Source: Chiloscyllium plagiosum (lineage: Eukaryota). From it: 64,000 nt of DNA. Positions 25,601-37,600 of this stretch are shown here, in pieces. Position 1 is the first letter of the stretch. Each line of letters begins with the position of its first letter. The stretch is from positions 26,277,377 to 26,341,376 of the forward strand of contig NC_057743.1 of the NCBI RefSeq assembly GCF_004010195.1, written 5' to 3'. The position numbers were made by a program, and so were the translations under genes. The notes beneath the pieces were generated by a model. It did no database searches, was not told where the DNA came from, and was given only the letters and a program-made list of their open reading frames with translations.

Positions 25601-28600
25601 TGACATGGGTGGACCAGGACAGATTGTTGGTGATTATCACTCCTGGGAGCTTGACGCTCTGGACCATCTCTATCTCAGCACCACTGGTGCAGACAGGGGC
25701 GTTCCCTCCACTCTGCTTCCTGAAGTCAATGACCAGCTCCTTCATTTTGCTGTCATTGATGGAGAGATTGTTGTCTTTACACCAAGCTACTGGGCACTCA
25801 GTCTCTTTCCGGTACTCTGTCTTGTCATTGTTGGAGATCCAACCTACAACGGCAGCGTGTTCATCAAACTTGTAAATGGAGCGGAGGTGAAATTTGACCA
25901 CCCAGTTGTGAGAGCATAAGGAGTGCTACAGTATAGGGCTGAATACGCAGCCTTGCGGGGCGCTGGTGTTGAGGATTATGGTGGAGGAGATGCTATCACC
26001 AATTCTTACTGATTTGTTGTGTCAATAGTTTTCTTGCAACTGAATTGAGAACGGGGGGGGGGGGGTTCAGGCACCACTTCAGACTTGATTATACAAGTTC
26101 ACTTGAAGGGTGAAATGCAAATACAGAGGTGAACATTAAAAATTTCAGGACACTTAAGAACAGAGAGATCCCCCTGTGCCTTGGATAACATGCTCTCTTT
26201 AAAACAAACGAAAAAAAACAACAGCTCATTCATTTCATTTCCAGTTGTGTTTTTGTGCGGTTGTACAAATGGCTTTGCTGTTCAGTCAAGCAGTAGTCAT
26301 TGCTTTTCAAAGAAATTCAGTGCTTTAAAACATTCCGGTGAAATGTAATGAGGAATAGTACAAATACAAAACTTACAGCTGCATATTATTCAGACTACAG
26401 AACACAAATCTCGACCCACAAACATTTTATGTCTAAACTCCATTCCCAGAGATTATATTAGTGTAGTGAAGGCAAGATCATATGCAATTTTTGAAAAAAA
26501 AAACTGTTGCTGCATGATCCTATGCTCAAACTGACAGCAACAACATGGATACACCAGCTGAAGTTCTCGGGCAGGTATCTGACAGGCACTACTAGTGGAG
26601 AATGCTACACAGCACTCCATCTTTAGCAATACAAAGAGATACATGGGAATCAGCTAAGTGGAGCAATGTATTGGGCATTACTTGGGGTGGTGATGGCAAA
26701 TACTTCCCAAACTAAAACAACCACATCTGCTGATTAAGGATGAAAAGGAAGTGTTATGTATTTCAACACATGAAATCTGGAGTTTGATAGCATGCCATTT
26801 TCATGTGAACAGCCACATTAGGTTGCTGCAGCATCACACAAGCAACCTGTTTGCATTCTTCTGTGAATCATAGCCTTGCAGAACATACAACACTCGAATA
26901 AAAAAAAAATCATAAAACACAAATTTACAGGCGACAAAACATAAATTCATGTATATATCTGGAAAATTCACAATGGATCAAACACTTATTCAATTCATCA
27001 ACAAGGCAGACTTTGTTTGGAGTAACTAAATGGTCTGTGGAGCAACCATGTACAAACTAACAACTTTGCGCAACTTTTTTTTATATGCAAGCACAATCCA
27101 AGTTCAACTTCAAAACTGCTGAGCAAACTCCTCCTGAATTGGGAGTGATATTTCAAACAATAATTGCAAAGGAATTTCAAGAAGTACGAAGTATACTGTT
27201 ACGGCAAGGAGTAAAAGTTCAGCCCTTACCTCACCCCATCCTTTTGCAGAGGTTACCCGCCTCAATGCAATATTGATTGAGCCACCGCCATTGCCATTCT
27301 GCGTTGATAGGCTCCCTGCAAGAACAGCTGTGTCTGTCGTGGTCAATGGAGCCTGCGAGAAAAACATCAACCTAGTGATTAACTTCACCTTTCTTACTCT
27401 TCTGAAGATGAACAATGGGGTGCATACCATGATGACAGCAGTCCTGTTATATATCATGCAAGTGGAGATTTTGTTTTGTCAGCTGGACAGTGCAACTTAA
27501 CAAAATATTTGACTATGGAGGGGATTATAGGTCAACCCAAAACATACACAAACACACTCCTACCACTACCAGGTAGTGATCAACAGCAGTAATGCAGCTA
27601 CCTTCCCCATCTATTAATTTCTCAATATAGTTTCTGCATGTCTTAAACTTCATAATAGGGCCTAATCTGTAGCAAGTATTGGGCAGTATAACCACACCTT
27701 GAAATTACTTTACAATGAAACAAGAAAATGGAGCAGTAGGAAAGTATATGTTCCTGTCAGTGCTCGGTTCTCAGTCCTGTCAGTACATGTAGTCTGCCAC
27801 TGAATAGGATTATAGTTGCCCTCTGCCTCAACTCTACTCTACTCTCCCACCCATGCCTCATATTCCTAGGTTTCCTGCACTCGTCTCAAAACGCTGACAA
27901 AACAGCTGGATTACTGAAAGCAAAGAACAACTGGTCAGTGCATATTATCTGAAGAGCTTAACAGACGGTGCCTATCCAATGTGCAGTGTCTACAGTCCAT
28001 TAGGTAACTGCAGTTTTACACTGTTGCCCCAACCAAGGCCATTTATCTAACACCTCCTTTCCTGGTCTGTAAGGCTTCATACTTCAAAACCAGAACAGGA
28101 TCTGGAGGTGTCACTTGATCTTGAACCATCATTTGGGAGTACAGAATGTTGGTAGGAGGAACAGCATTAGGAAATGCTCAGCATTTGTTTTAGCTCTTTA
28201 CATTTATATTTGGCATTTAAGAAGTCATCAAGAAAGGGTTACTGTACAGTTTCAAAAGTTATCCCTTTTACGAACTTTTGTGACAGGTTTTGAAATACCT
28301 ACTTCAATAGATTGTGATATGTGCATTTTATTAATTTCAATCTGAGGAAACCGACTGCCTGGCTCTTCAAACTCCTCATCATAGCGGTCAAAGAGGTCAG
28401 TGGCATCCACACCAACACTTATCGTACCCTGCAAGAAAATTAAATAAGTCATGACTCATTTATGAGAATGCACTATTCTAACGTGACAGTGCAACTGATG
28501 CATGTTGCTCTTGGAACAATTCAAAAGAAGAACTTCAGTCTTAAGCTGATATGTATGCTAAGCCATCTCTTACAGTGGTGCACAAGGAGTCAAAACCAAG

Positions 28601-31600
28601 TCCGATTTTCAGAGGAAGTAGGCTTAGGGGAACAATTCTGTATTTTTATATGTTACCATTATAAATTGCTATGTCCATATTTGGAAAGGAAACCAGACAT
28701 ACTCTTATTCTCTAATCGCAATAGTTGTGGCATTGTAGCGCTCGATTGATGGGAGTGTGCAATTAGAATGTGAAAAATTTAGAATAGTATATTTTTTAAC
28801 TGCAGAAAAAAGGATTTATAATGGAAACTATTTACAGTAACTCATTTTCAAAAATACCAAGGATACAGACTCAGATATACATGCACATTTTGAAACAATT
28901 TCACGTATTCACCTCTGAATCTGTTTCAAGTTTTAAAGTCACCAAGTGTATGACAATATAACGGTTTCATGAATAATACAATGCGATCATTCGGAGACCT
29001 TAGTTCCAAATGATTAAGCAGATCCTTGTGTACCTTGGGATTTGTTCTTTGTTGCAATCGCCTTTCTTCCCTTTCTCGTTGTAGCCTCTCAAATTCTTCT
29101 CGTATTTCAGCTGCCGCTTTCTTTCTTTCCACTACCTGTAAAAACAGAACAAAACATCAATTCACAAATTACAGCATTAGCCAGATAAGTCACAGACAAT
29201 AGTTGCAGTTTATTGTATAATACAGGGTCGAAGGACTAAATCTTCTACACAAGTCAAAAAAAAGCAGCCCTGTAAAACCTAACTTTCACTACTTGGAACA
29301 GGTAAAGCTGGTGGCTCAGCTGGTTAAGGCAGAGAGTGTTATCTGGACCCAACTTGAAATGTTTTAAGTTCTGCATTCTATTGTGTATTTAATGGATCTC
29401 AGCGAGGTTGGGGGCTGTAATTTAACTCTGTTGGGAAGCATGCACACATGTAGATGTCACATGAGGACAAATCATGCCAGAAGCCAATATACAGGCACAA
29501 AAAAAGCATCCATGCTCATGAAGTCAATAGCTTCAGTGAAGAAGATTGGGAAAGGAGAGGGAAGTTCAACTGGTTGAATTTTGACACAGATGTGAGGCAG
29601 TATACTTAAGAACAGACAGAAAAGCAGGATTGAGAAAGCTGAAAATTGAAATGGATTAATGACACATTAAATTGGTCTGATAGGCAAGTCACTGACAAGA
29701 GTCACTCAGATCAGGATACAGAGATTCTGATTGTATATTGAGCAATGAATATAACAGTTTACAAAGTTGAATTGTTACTCCCTCTTGTACTAATACATAA
29801 ACTTTCCAAAACTCCTTGACCTTATGTTGTCCAGGCACCAGTTTATATGCAAGCTTCAAATTGATCATACTGAAAACAAATCTTTAAGCATTTGCAACAT
29901 GCAATTAGATCACTACTGCCACCAAGATTTTGGTATCTTCTGCAGTACCACTGTGACAATGTTTTTAAAATCAGTCCTCCCAAAAATGAAACCTGTTGGC
30001 TTGTTAATTTATTGATGAATTAGAGAATAGTTTGAACTATGGCCTCAAGCTCACTTCCTGACACAGAACACACAGATTTGTTTCATGCAAGGCTCTTTTA
30101 GCTCGCAACGAAAGAAAATTGAATTGCATTCTACAATGGGGTGAGTTTTGGGAATAGAATAATGGCTTACCTCCCATCCTTCCATTTCCAGGCCCTTTTT
30201 ACCATAGATGTCATAGATGGCTCTGCTCTGGGGATCACTAAGTACTGTTAAGGAAAAAATAGAAAAATAACAAGGATTCAGAACAAACTGATCTTTGAAA
30301 ATCAGAAGAGTCATGATGCACAAGGGACGCAATACACGATTCCATATTCAAATAGTTGTAGCCCAGGTTGTAGGAGGATTTTGAGAGACAGAGAGGGCGA
30401 GAGAGAAAGAGATAAAGACGAAGAATATGAGAAACAGGGAGGGGAAGGGGGAAGAGGGTGAGGGTGAAAGAGAAAAGTAAAAGCAAGCTAGGAGAACAAA
30501 AGGGAGCAAACAGAACAGGAGAGCACTATACAAAAGACTATAAAATACAAGCGGGAATTAAGGGACATTTTATTTTTCTTTTTGCTTTCAGAAGGGTGAT
30601 CTGCAACCTGCTTCTTGTTTGCAAAGGGAAGATGGGAAATTGATGTGCCACACTGTGAATTGGTCCACAACTCCCGCAGCTACTATGGAAAAAAATAATT
30701 TGGGATTGTTACAAATGCAATGTACGAACTGAGTAAAGTTACTGATGAAATGGGGGGTTGACACAGACACAAGATGGCCACTGAGCCATAAATTGGTCAC
30801 GTAGCACACAAGATGGCTGCTGAGCCATTACATGGAAAAATACAGCCAAAAATATACAGATACTGCCTAAGGCTAACAGGATACCAGCACAATAGACATA
30901 GAGCATAGATGATTAGTTTAAGGTGGATGGGGAAGAGGATACACATCAGTAACGGCTACTGCTGCCCAAGTGCCTGAGTCCAGCCACTACCTTCAATAGC
31001 AATGTTAACTACCTGACACTGCTTGTATAGAAGTGTTCATACTTCAGATCTGCAGTAATGGAAAATGATCTTCCTTCTCAGGAAGAACAATCACGACCAC
31101 TGAAACTGACACTAATTTTGTAACGTTTTCTGTAAACAAACCATGTTGTACAAAGACTTGATACTTAAATAATTGTACCACAAAAGGTATAAAATATCAT
31201 GACATGTGCTCCGAGAGTGAGACGAGGCCCACAGCTGACAGCCATGTCGACGAATGTCTCTCTCTCCCTAGAGCTCCAGTTTCTTTGTACAATAAATTTT
31301 GTTATTGGATCCCGATTCTGACTCCGAGACTGGTGATTTTTCCCATAACACTGGCAAAATAGGTGGTGATGGGGGAACAGAGAGAAAGCACTTAATTTTT
31401 CCATGACCCAAGGTACTTGCCTTCATATGCCTGATGTACAAGATTGAAGAGAGTCTCTGCTTGTTGTTTCAGTTCAGGATCTCGGTGCTTGTCTGGGTGA
31501 TACAGCATACACAACCGGCGATAGGCAGCCTTCAGTTCATCTTGTGTGGCCTGCAAAAAACAGACAGATCAGCAAAATTATATTAAAAAAACAGAAAGTG

Positions 31601-34600
31601 TTGTTTCAAAGTAACCTGATAGAGTCAAGATGATAGTGGTGCTGCTTGATCCAAAAAACATAATTTTGGTCATTAGATACTTTTTTTGGAAAATTCACTC
31701 AATTCTCTCTGTTTAGTCTACATATGAAGCACTGGGGTTGTTGGCATGGAAGATGACAGGTACAGCCATTCTGACACTGTCTACCTCATTGAAAAGCTGA
31801 GTGCTAAATTACGAACTTCTCATTTACTCTTTAGGGCTCATCAGATTGACTTAACAAGTTAAGTGGTACACAGTCATACAGATGAAAACTATCATGATTT
31901 CAGTACCTTCAAATTCCCTCTCAGCTTCTCTCTCACTCACACAATCATGATCATCTTTTGAAAGAATAGCCAGAACATTTATTACACATGTCAAGTGGAT
32001 GTGGCAAATCTATTCTTAGTTCTGCAGGGAGACTGAGGTACATAATTCGAAGCACTGAAAACCTGAAATTAAATGCAATGTCAGAAGTTGTTTTCTCATA
32101 CTTTTGTCAACTATTTTGTTGACAATTTCATTTCTACTTCTATTAAGCCATTGTTCCACAGGGAACAAATGTCTTTTGGAATTTCAACCAAGTGGTCATT
32201 CTTCATACAAGGGTCTGGACAAAAAGACTTGCTGGATGAAAAATAAATCCTGGTCAATCTAATTCACCTCCTATCATACCAGTAGTTGCCTGATATAACA
32301 GTGATGAGATTGTTGACAATCATAGCAATCAATCTTCTGCAATGAGTCAAGAATAGATGCAGACATTTGTTAATATTTATTCAAGCACCAGCCTTACATA
32401 ATTATACACACTAAATGTACACACTTACCATCAATATATCAGACACCACTAACACCAAAAATCCTGTTATGCCCTGTCCAGCAGCAGCACAGATCTAGAG
32501 GTGACAGCACAGTGGTATACAGTCGGATGGGATTTGCCTCTGATGTTGACTCTGGACCACATGATGTCTCAAGCAAAGGAATCTCCTGCTGATTACCTAT
32601 TGCTTTCATCTGCTATTGGTCTGTGGTACAACTCTCTCAATGTTGGAATTGAAAGTGGTTAGTAAGAAGGACTCTCTAGAGTCAACAGGGCTATTTAAGA
32701 GTTGACCATTACTGTGGGTCAGGTGTCACATCCAGGCCAGGACTGGATAGCAGATTTCCTTCCCAAAACAATGTTAGTGAACAAAATAAGTCTTTACAAT
32801 CAATGCTAGTTTCATTGTCATTATTAATGAGTAAAGATTTTAATTCTAGATTTACTAATTATAATTTTAAATTTGTACCTACTGCCCTCCTTCAGCTGGT
32901 GAATCAATACTCCTCCATGTTAACATCAATTGGAAGAAGCACCGAGGATGGCAAAGGTATGCAGAATGCACTGTGGGTGGAGATTTAAAGGTCGATCATC
33001 AAGTGTGGCTTGATGCACAAATACTGACCAAATTGAATGAGTCCTGAAGGACATAGCTGCTGGATTTGGTCTGCAGCAGGTTGTGAGAGACCAACAAGAG
33101 GGAAAACTTACTTTGCCTCTTACTCCCCAATTTATCAGAGGTCACCAGCATCGTGGATGCCAGTCATCAATTAATTTGATTTACTTTATAAGAAACTGAA
33201 CACATATGGATACTGCCAAGAAAATGGGCCCTAACAATATTCTGGTAGTAGCACTGAAAACTTATACACCAGAACTATTCCAATCAAGCTGTTCCAATAT
33301 AACTAGGTTAGGTGGATTGGCCATGCTAAATTGTCCTGCATTGTCCAGGGATGTGCAGATTATGTGGATTAGCAGGGTTATGGGGCTAGGGTACAGGGAT
33401 GGGTGGGGGATGGTGGTGGTCTGGGTATGATGCTCTTTGGAGGGTTGGTGTGGACTGGATGGGCTGATGGGTTGGGTTCTATGAATTACAACAATAGCAT
33501 CTATCCATCAACATGGAAACTTGCCCTGGTTAGTGCTGTCCACAAACAAAAGTCAAATCCAACTCAGTTAATTGTTTCCCTAGTCTACTCTTGATCATCA
33601 AAGTGAGGGAAGGGGTCACTGAAGTACAACAAAAGCATTTATCCAGAAACAACTTGATCAATTATACGCAGTTTGGGTTCTATCAAGACCATTCATTACA
33701 GCCATAGTCTAGAACTTGACAAAAGACCTGAATCTAAGAAGTGAGATTAGATTTTAGATTAGATTAGATTACAGTGTGGAAACAGGCCCTTCGGCCCAAC
33801 AAGTCCACACCGACCTGCCGAAGCGAAACCCACCCATACCCCTACATTTACCCCTTACCTAACACTACAGGCAATTTAGCATGGCCAATTCACCTGACCT
33901 GCACATCTTTGGACTGTGGGAGGAAACCGGAGCACCCGGAGGAAACCCACGCAGACACGGGGAGAATGTGCAAACTCCACACAGTCAGTCGCCTGAGGCG
34001 GGAATTGAACCCGGGTCTTTGGCGCTGTGAGGCAGCAGTGCTAACCACTGTGCCACCGTGCCGCCCGAGATGAGAGTGACCTCCCATGACATCAAGGCAG
34101 CATTTGAATAAAGGTGGTATCAAGAAACTCTAGCAAAATTGAAGTCAGTAGGAGATGGGAAAAAAAAACTTTGCCTTAATTAAAGTCATATCTAGCAAAA
34201 GGAATGGTAGTAGATTTTGGAAGCCAGTCATCTGAGCCATAAAACATCCTCAGGGTAGTGTCCTTTATCGAAACACCAACAGCTTTAGTTGCATTCATGA
34301 TCTCACCTCCATCAAAAAGTTGAGATGTTTGCTGATGATTGCACAACATTCAATAATATTCACAACTGCTCAGATACTGAAATGTACATGGTTGTATGCA
34401 GACGAGGACTGATAATGGCAAGCAACATTCATGCTGAATCCTTCAATTTCAAAATCTTGTGGTTACTGATGAGGAATTTAACTGCACCAGCCATAAATAT
34501 AATGAGCAGGTCAGAGGCTGAGAATTCTGCAGCAAGTAACTTATCTCCGACTTCCTAATGTCTGCCCACCATCTAAAGCACATCAAGAGTGAAATGAAAT

Positions 34601-37600
34601 ATTCTCCACTTGCCGAGATGAATCCAACACCACCTAAGGAACTCAGTACTATACAGTACAAGACAGCTTGTTTAATTGGCACGCCAGCCACCATTTTAAA
34701 GATTAACTTCCTCCACCAGGGACACAGAGTGGCAACAATTGATATCATCTGCAAGATGAACTCACCAAGACATGTTCAAAAGCATCTTTGTAACCTGCAA
34801 TCTCTACAAACTAGAACGACAAGGGCAGCAGAACTAAAATACCTCGAAGTAATGCACAGCCACTTCAAGGTTCCATGCACAGTGATTAGTGTTGGCTCAT
34901 TGATTGTGGCGTTAACTTCCAGTTTCAGAAGCCGCTGATGCACATGAGCCATGGAGGCCTGCATAGCCAGGGAGGAAACTAAACAGAGTGTTGATAGAGT
35001 CCCAACACCTTGCAAGTTTCTTTCCAAGTCACACATCACCTTGACTGAGAACTATGTTGCCATTGTCTCTCTGCCATTAGGTCAAACTTCTTCTCAACAT
35101 TACATGGACTCTAGTAGTTTAAGAAAGCAGCTCACCATCACCTTCTCAGGGGTTACTAAAGATGGATAAAAAATGTTTGCCAGCAAAGCCCACATCTTTT
35201 GAAAGAATTTTAAAAATCAACTAGAGATAAACAGCACAGCTTGATCATACCCTCACATGATGACACTTTAAAGGTAGGAGTCACTAGTTTACAAATTAAG
35301 CCCCAATATCTCACTCAAGATTTTTCACCTGGCTCCAGAAACATTCAAATCCACTAAAACACTCTTGCTATTTTCACTGCTGTGATCAGCAAGCACAGCA
35401 AGAGGTGGGAACTGGGGATCTTCCTTGCTTGGATAGTCATGTTTCTCACTCAATAGAACTAAAAAGCCATCAAAACAAGCATAAGGAAGTTAAACAACAA
35501 AGGTAATCACCTTTGACTAAAATAGTCAAAAAGAAAGATGATAGGCTCCAAAAGCTGTTAGACACAGTCATTAACATATACTTTCTGCAGTCAGTATTAG
35601 TTTGTCATCATTTGCAACAAATTTTCCTTGTGAATGTTTTGGAAAGTGGAACTTGTTGGTAGAATTAGTAGTTTAAAACTCATGAGCTCAAGAGACAAAC
35701 TGTTCTTCTACCACTTTTCTCTTGGAAGAGTGTTTCAGCAGGATCATTAATTTTCTGAACACTGCTTTCTTGATCCTCCACAGCAATACCCATTAACAAT
35801 AAAACCAAGGAAAGGATCTAGCTTTAGAATTTATTGCCTTTCTTGACCTCACCCAGTGATCATCCTTCATATGTTAACCTGGAGTAAATGTTAGTGGGGT
35901 GCTCAAATATGGAAGAATATCAGTCCTGAACAATTGTGCCACAATCATTCATGCAGTTACTCACTGGCCAACTCATCCATAACTTTATTCAAAATTCTTT
36001 AAGCTGTGAACTAATAAAGAGCAAGAGTATTTGAGACCTGCCTTGTCTACAGCTTTCAGATCACTTATTGCTCTGTGCCTTTGGGTTCCATTGTCTTGCT
36101 CCCCAGCTGTGATACATTGACTGCAGCAAGATACAGTACTGCTATTTCTCCTTAAACCTCACTAGTTAAAAAGGTAATATTCCCAAGGAGCCAGAACATT
36201 CTAATTTTAAAGGACTTTTATGGTACAGTCTTAGTGTACCTACCACTGAGCCAGGGAACCCAAATCTAATCAATCAATCTGTTCCAAAGGTCTAGTCTGA
36301 ACAGATCGATTGGAAAATATTTAACCTAAGTTTAAACCCCACTTGAGACAGCAATAGCAAGTGGACATCAGAATCAGTGGTTAAATTTTTGGGTCAATGT
36401 CCAACATTGTGAATGTGTTGTGAGTGATCCCCTCATTAAGTGGGTTGTGGGACTCTATCCAGTAAGACCCCAACAATTAGGATAAAAAAGAGTTGTAGCC
36501 CAAGAACCAGTGTTCATGTTGCAGCATGTCAGACTGTTAAACAGCCTGCAAAACTTCATATTATTGTGAAAGTGTGATGAAATGTAAACCACGTTGTGCT
36601 CCAGCAGAAAAAAATTCGTAGTCAAGATTATCCCAGCTATTATGCAGTGCTTTGATAGATCAAAGTATCTCAAAAGAAAATATTTCTGTATTCTGTTACC
36701 ATCAATGTATCATTGAGAACAGAGTTGTTATCTCTGGTTTGTTACCTGTGCCACATGATAGCAAGGCAAGGAATGGGGAGAGAGATCAGCTGAACATGTG
36801 GCTGCAGAAGGGAGGGTATCAGCTACATGGAAAATTGGGGGTCATTCTAGGGAAGGTGGGACCTCTACAAACAGGACAGTCTTCGCTTGAACTAGAGGGG
36901 TTATAATATCTAGAGTTCCAGGGATATGGAGGAGAGGATTGGCAAAGTGTTTCTGGGTAGGAGTGAAAGTAAAAGGGTGGTCACTATGGGGGACTCTAAC
37001 TTCCCCAACATTGACTGGAAATGCTATAACTCTAGTACGTAGGATGGATCAGGTTTTGTCCAATAGGATATCTGGTAGGCATGAACGAGTTGGACCGACC
37101 GGTCTGTTTCCATGCTGTACACCTCTATGACACCATGACACTCTGTGTGCAGGAGGGTTTCCTGGCACATTATGTTGAAGGGCCAACAAGAGAGGAGGCC
37201 ACACTGGATCTTGTGCATGGTAATGAACTAGGCCAGGTGTTTGATTTAGTGGTAGGTGAGCACTTTGGAGAGAGTGACCATAATTCTATTATGTTTGGTT
37301 TAGCAATGGAAAGGGATAGGTACATGCTACAGAGCAAGAGTTATTGATGGGGGAAGGGCAATTATAATGTGATTAGGCAAGATTTAGGATGCATAGAATG
37401 GAGTAGCAAAATGCAGGGGATGGGGACAGTCAAAATGTGGAGGTGGTTTAAGGAACAGATATTGTGTGTCCTTGATACATACATCCCTGTCAGGCATGTA
37501 TGTATCAAGGAGGTGATAAGGTAAGGGAACCATGATTTACTAAAGAAATTGCATCCCTTGTTAAGCGGAAGAAGGAGGCTTATGTGACTTTAAGATGAGA

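Noticed and set aside
33990-34066. tRNA gene
   Set aside because: tRNA-like A/B boxes are the SINE head and run directly into the SINE body.
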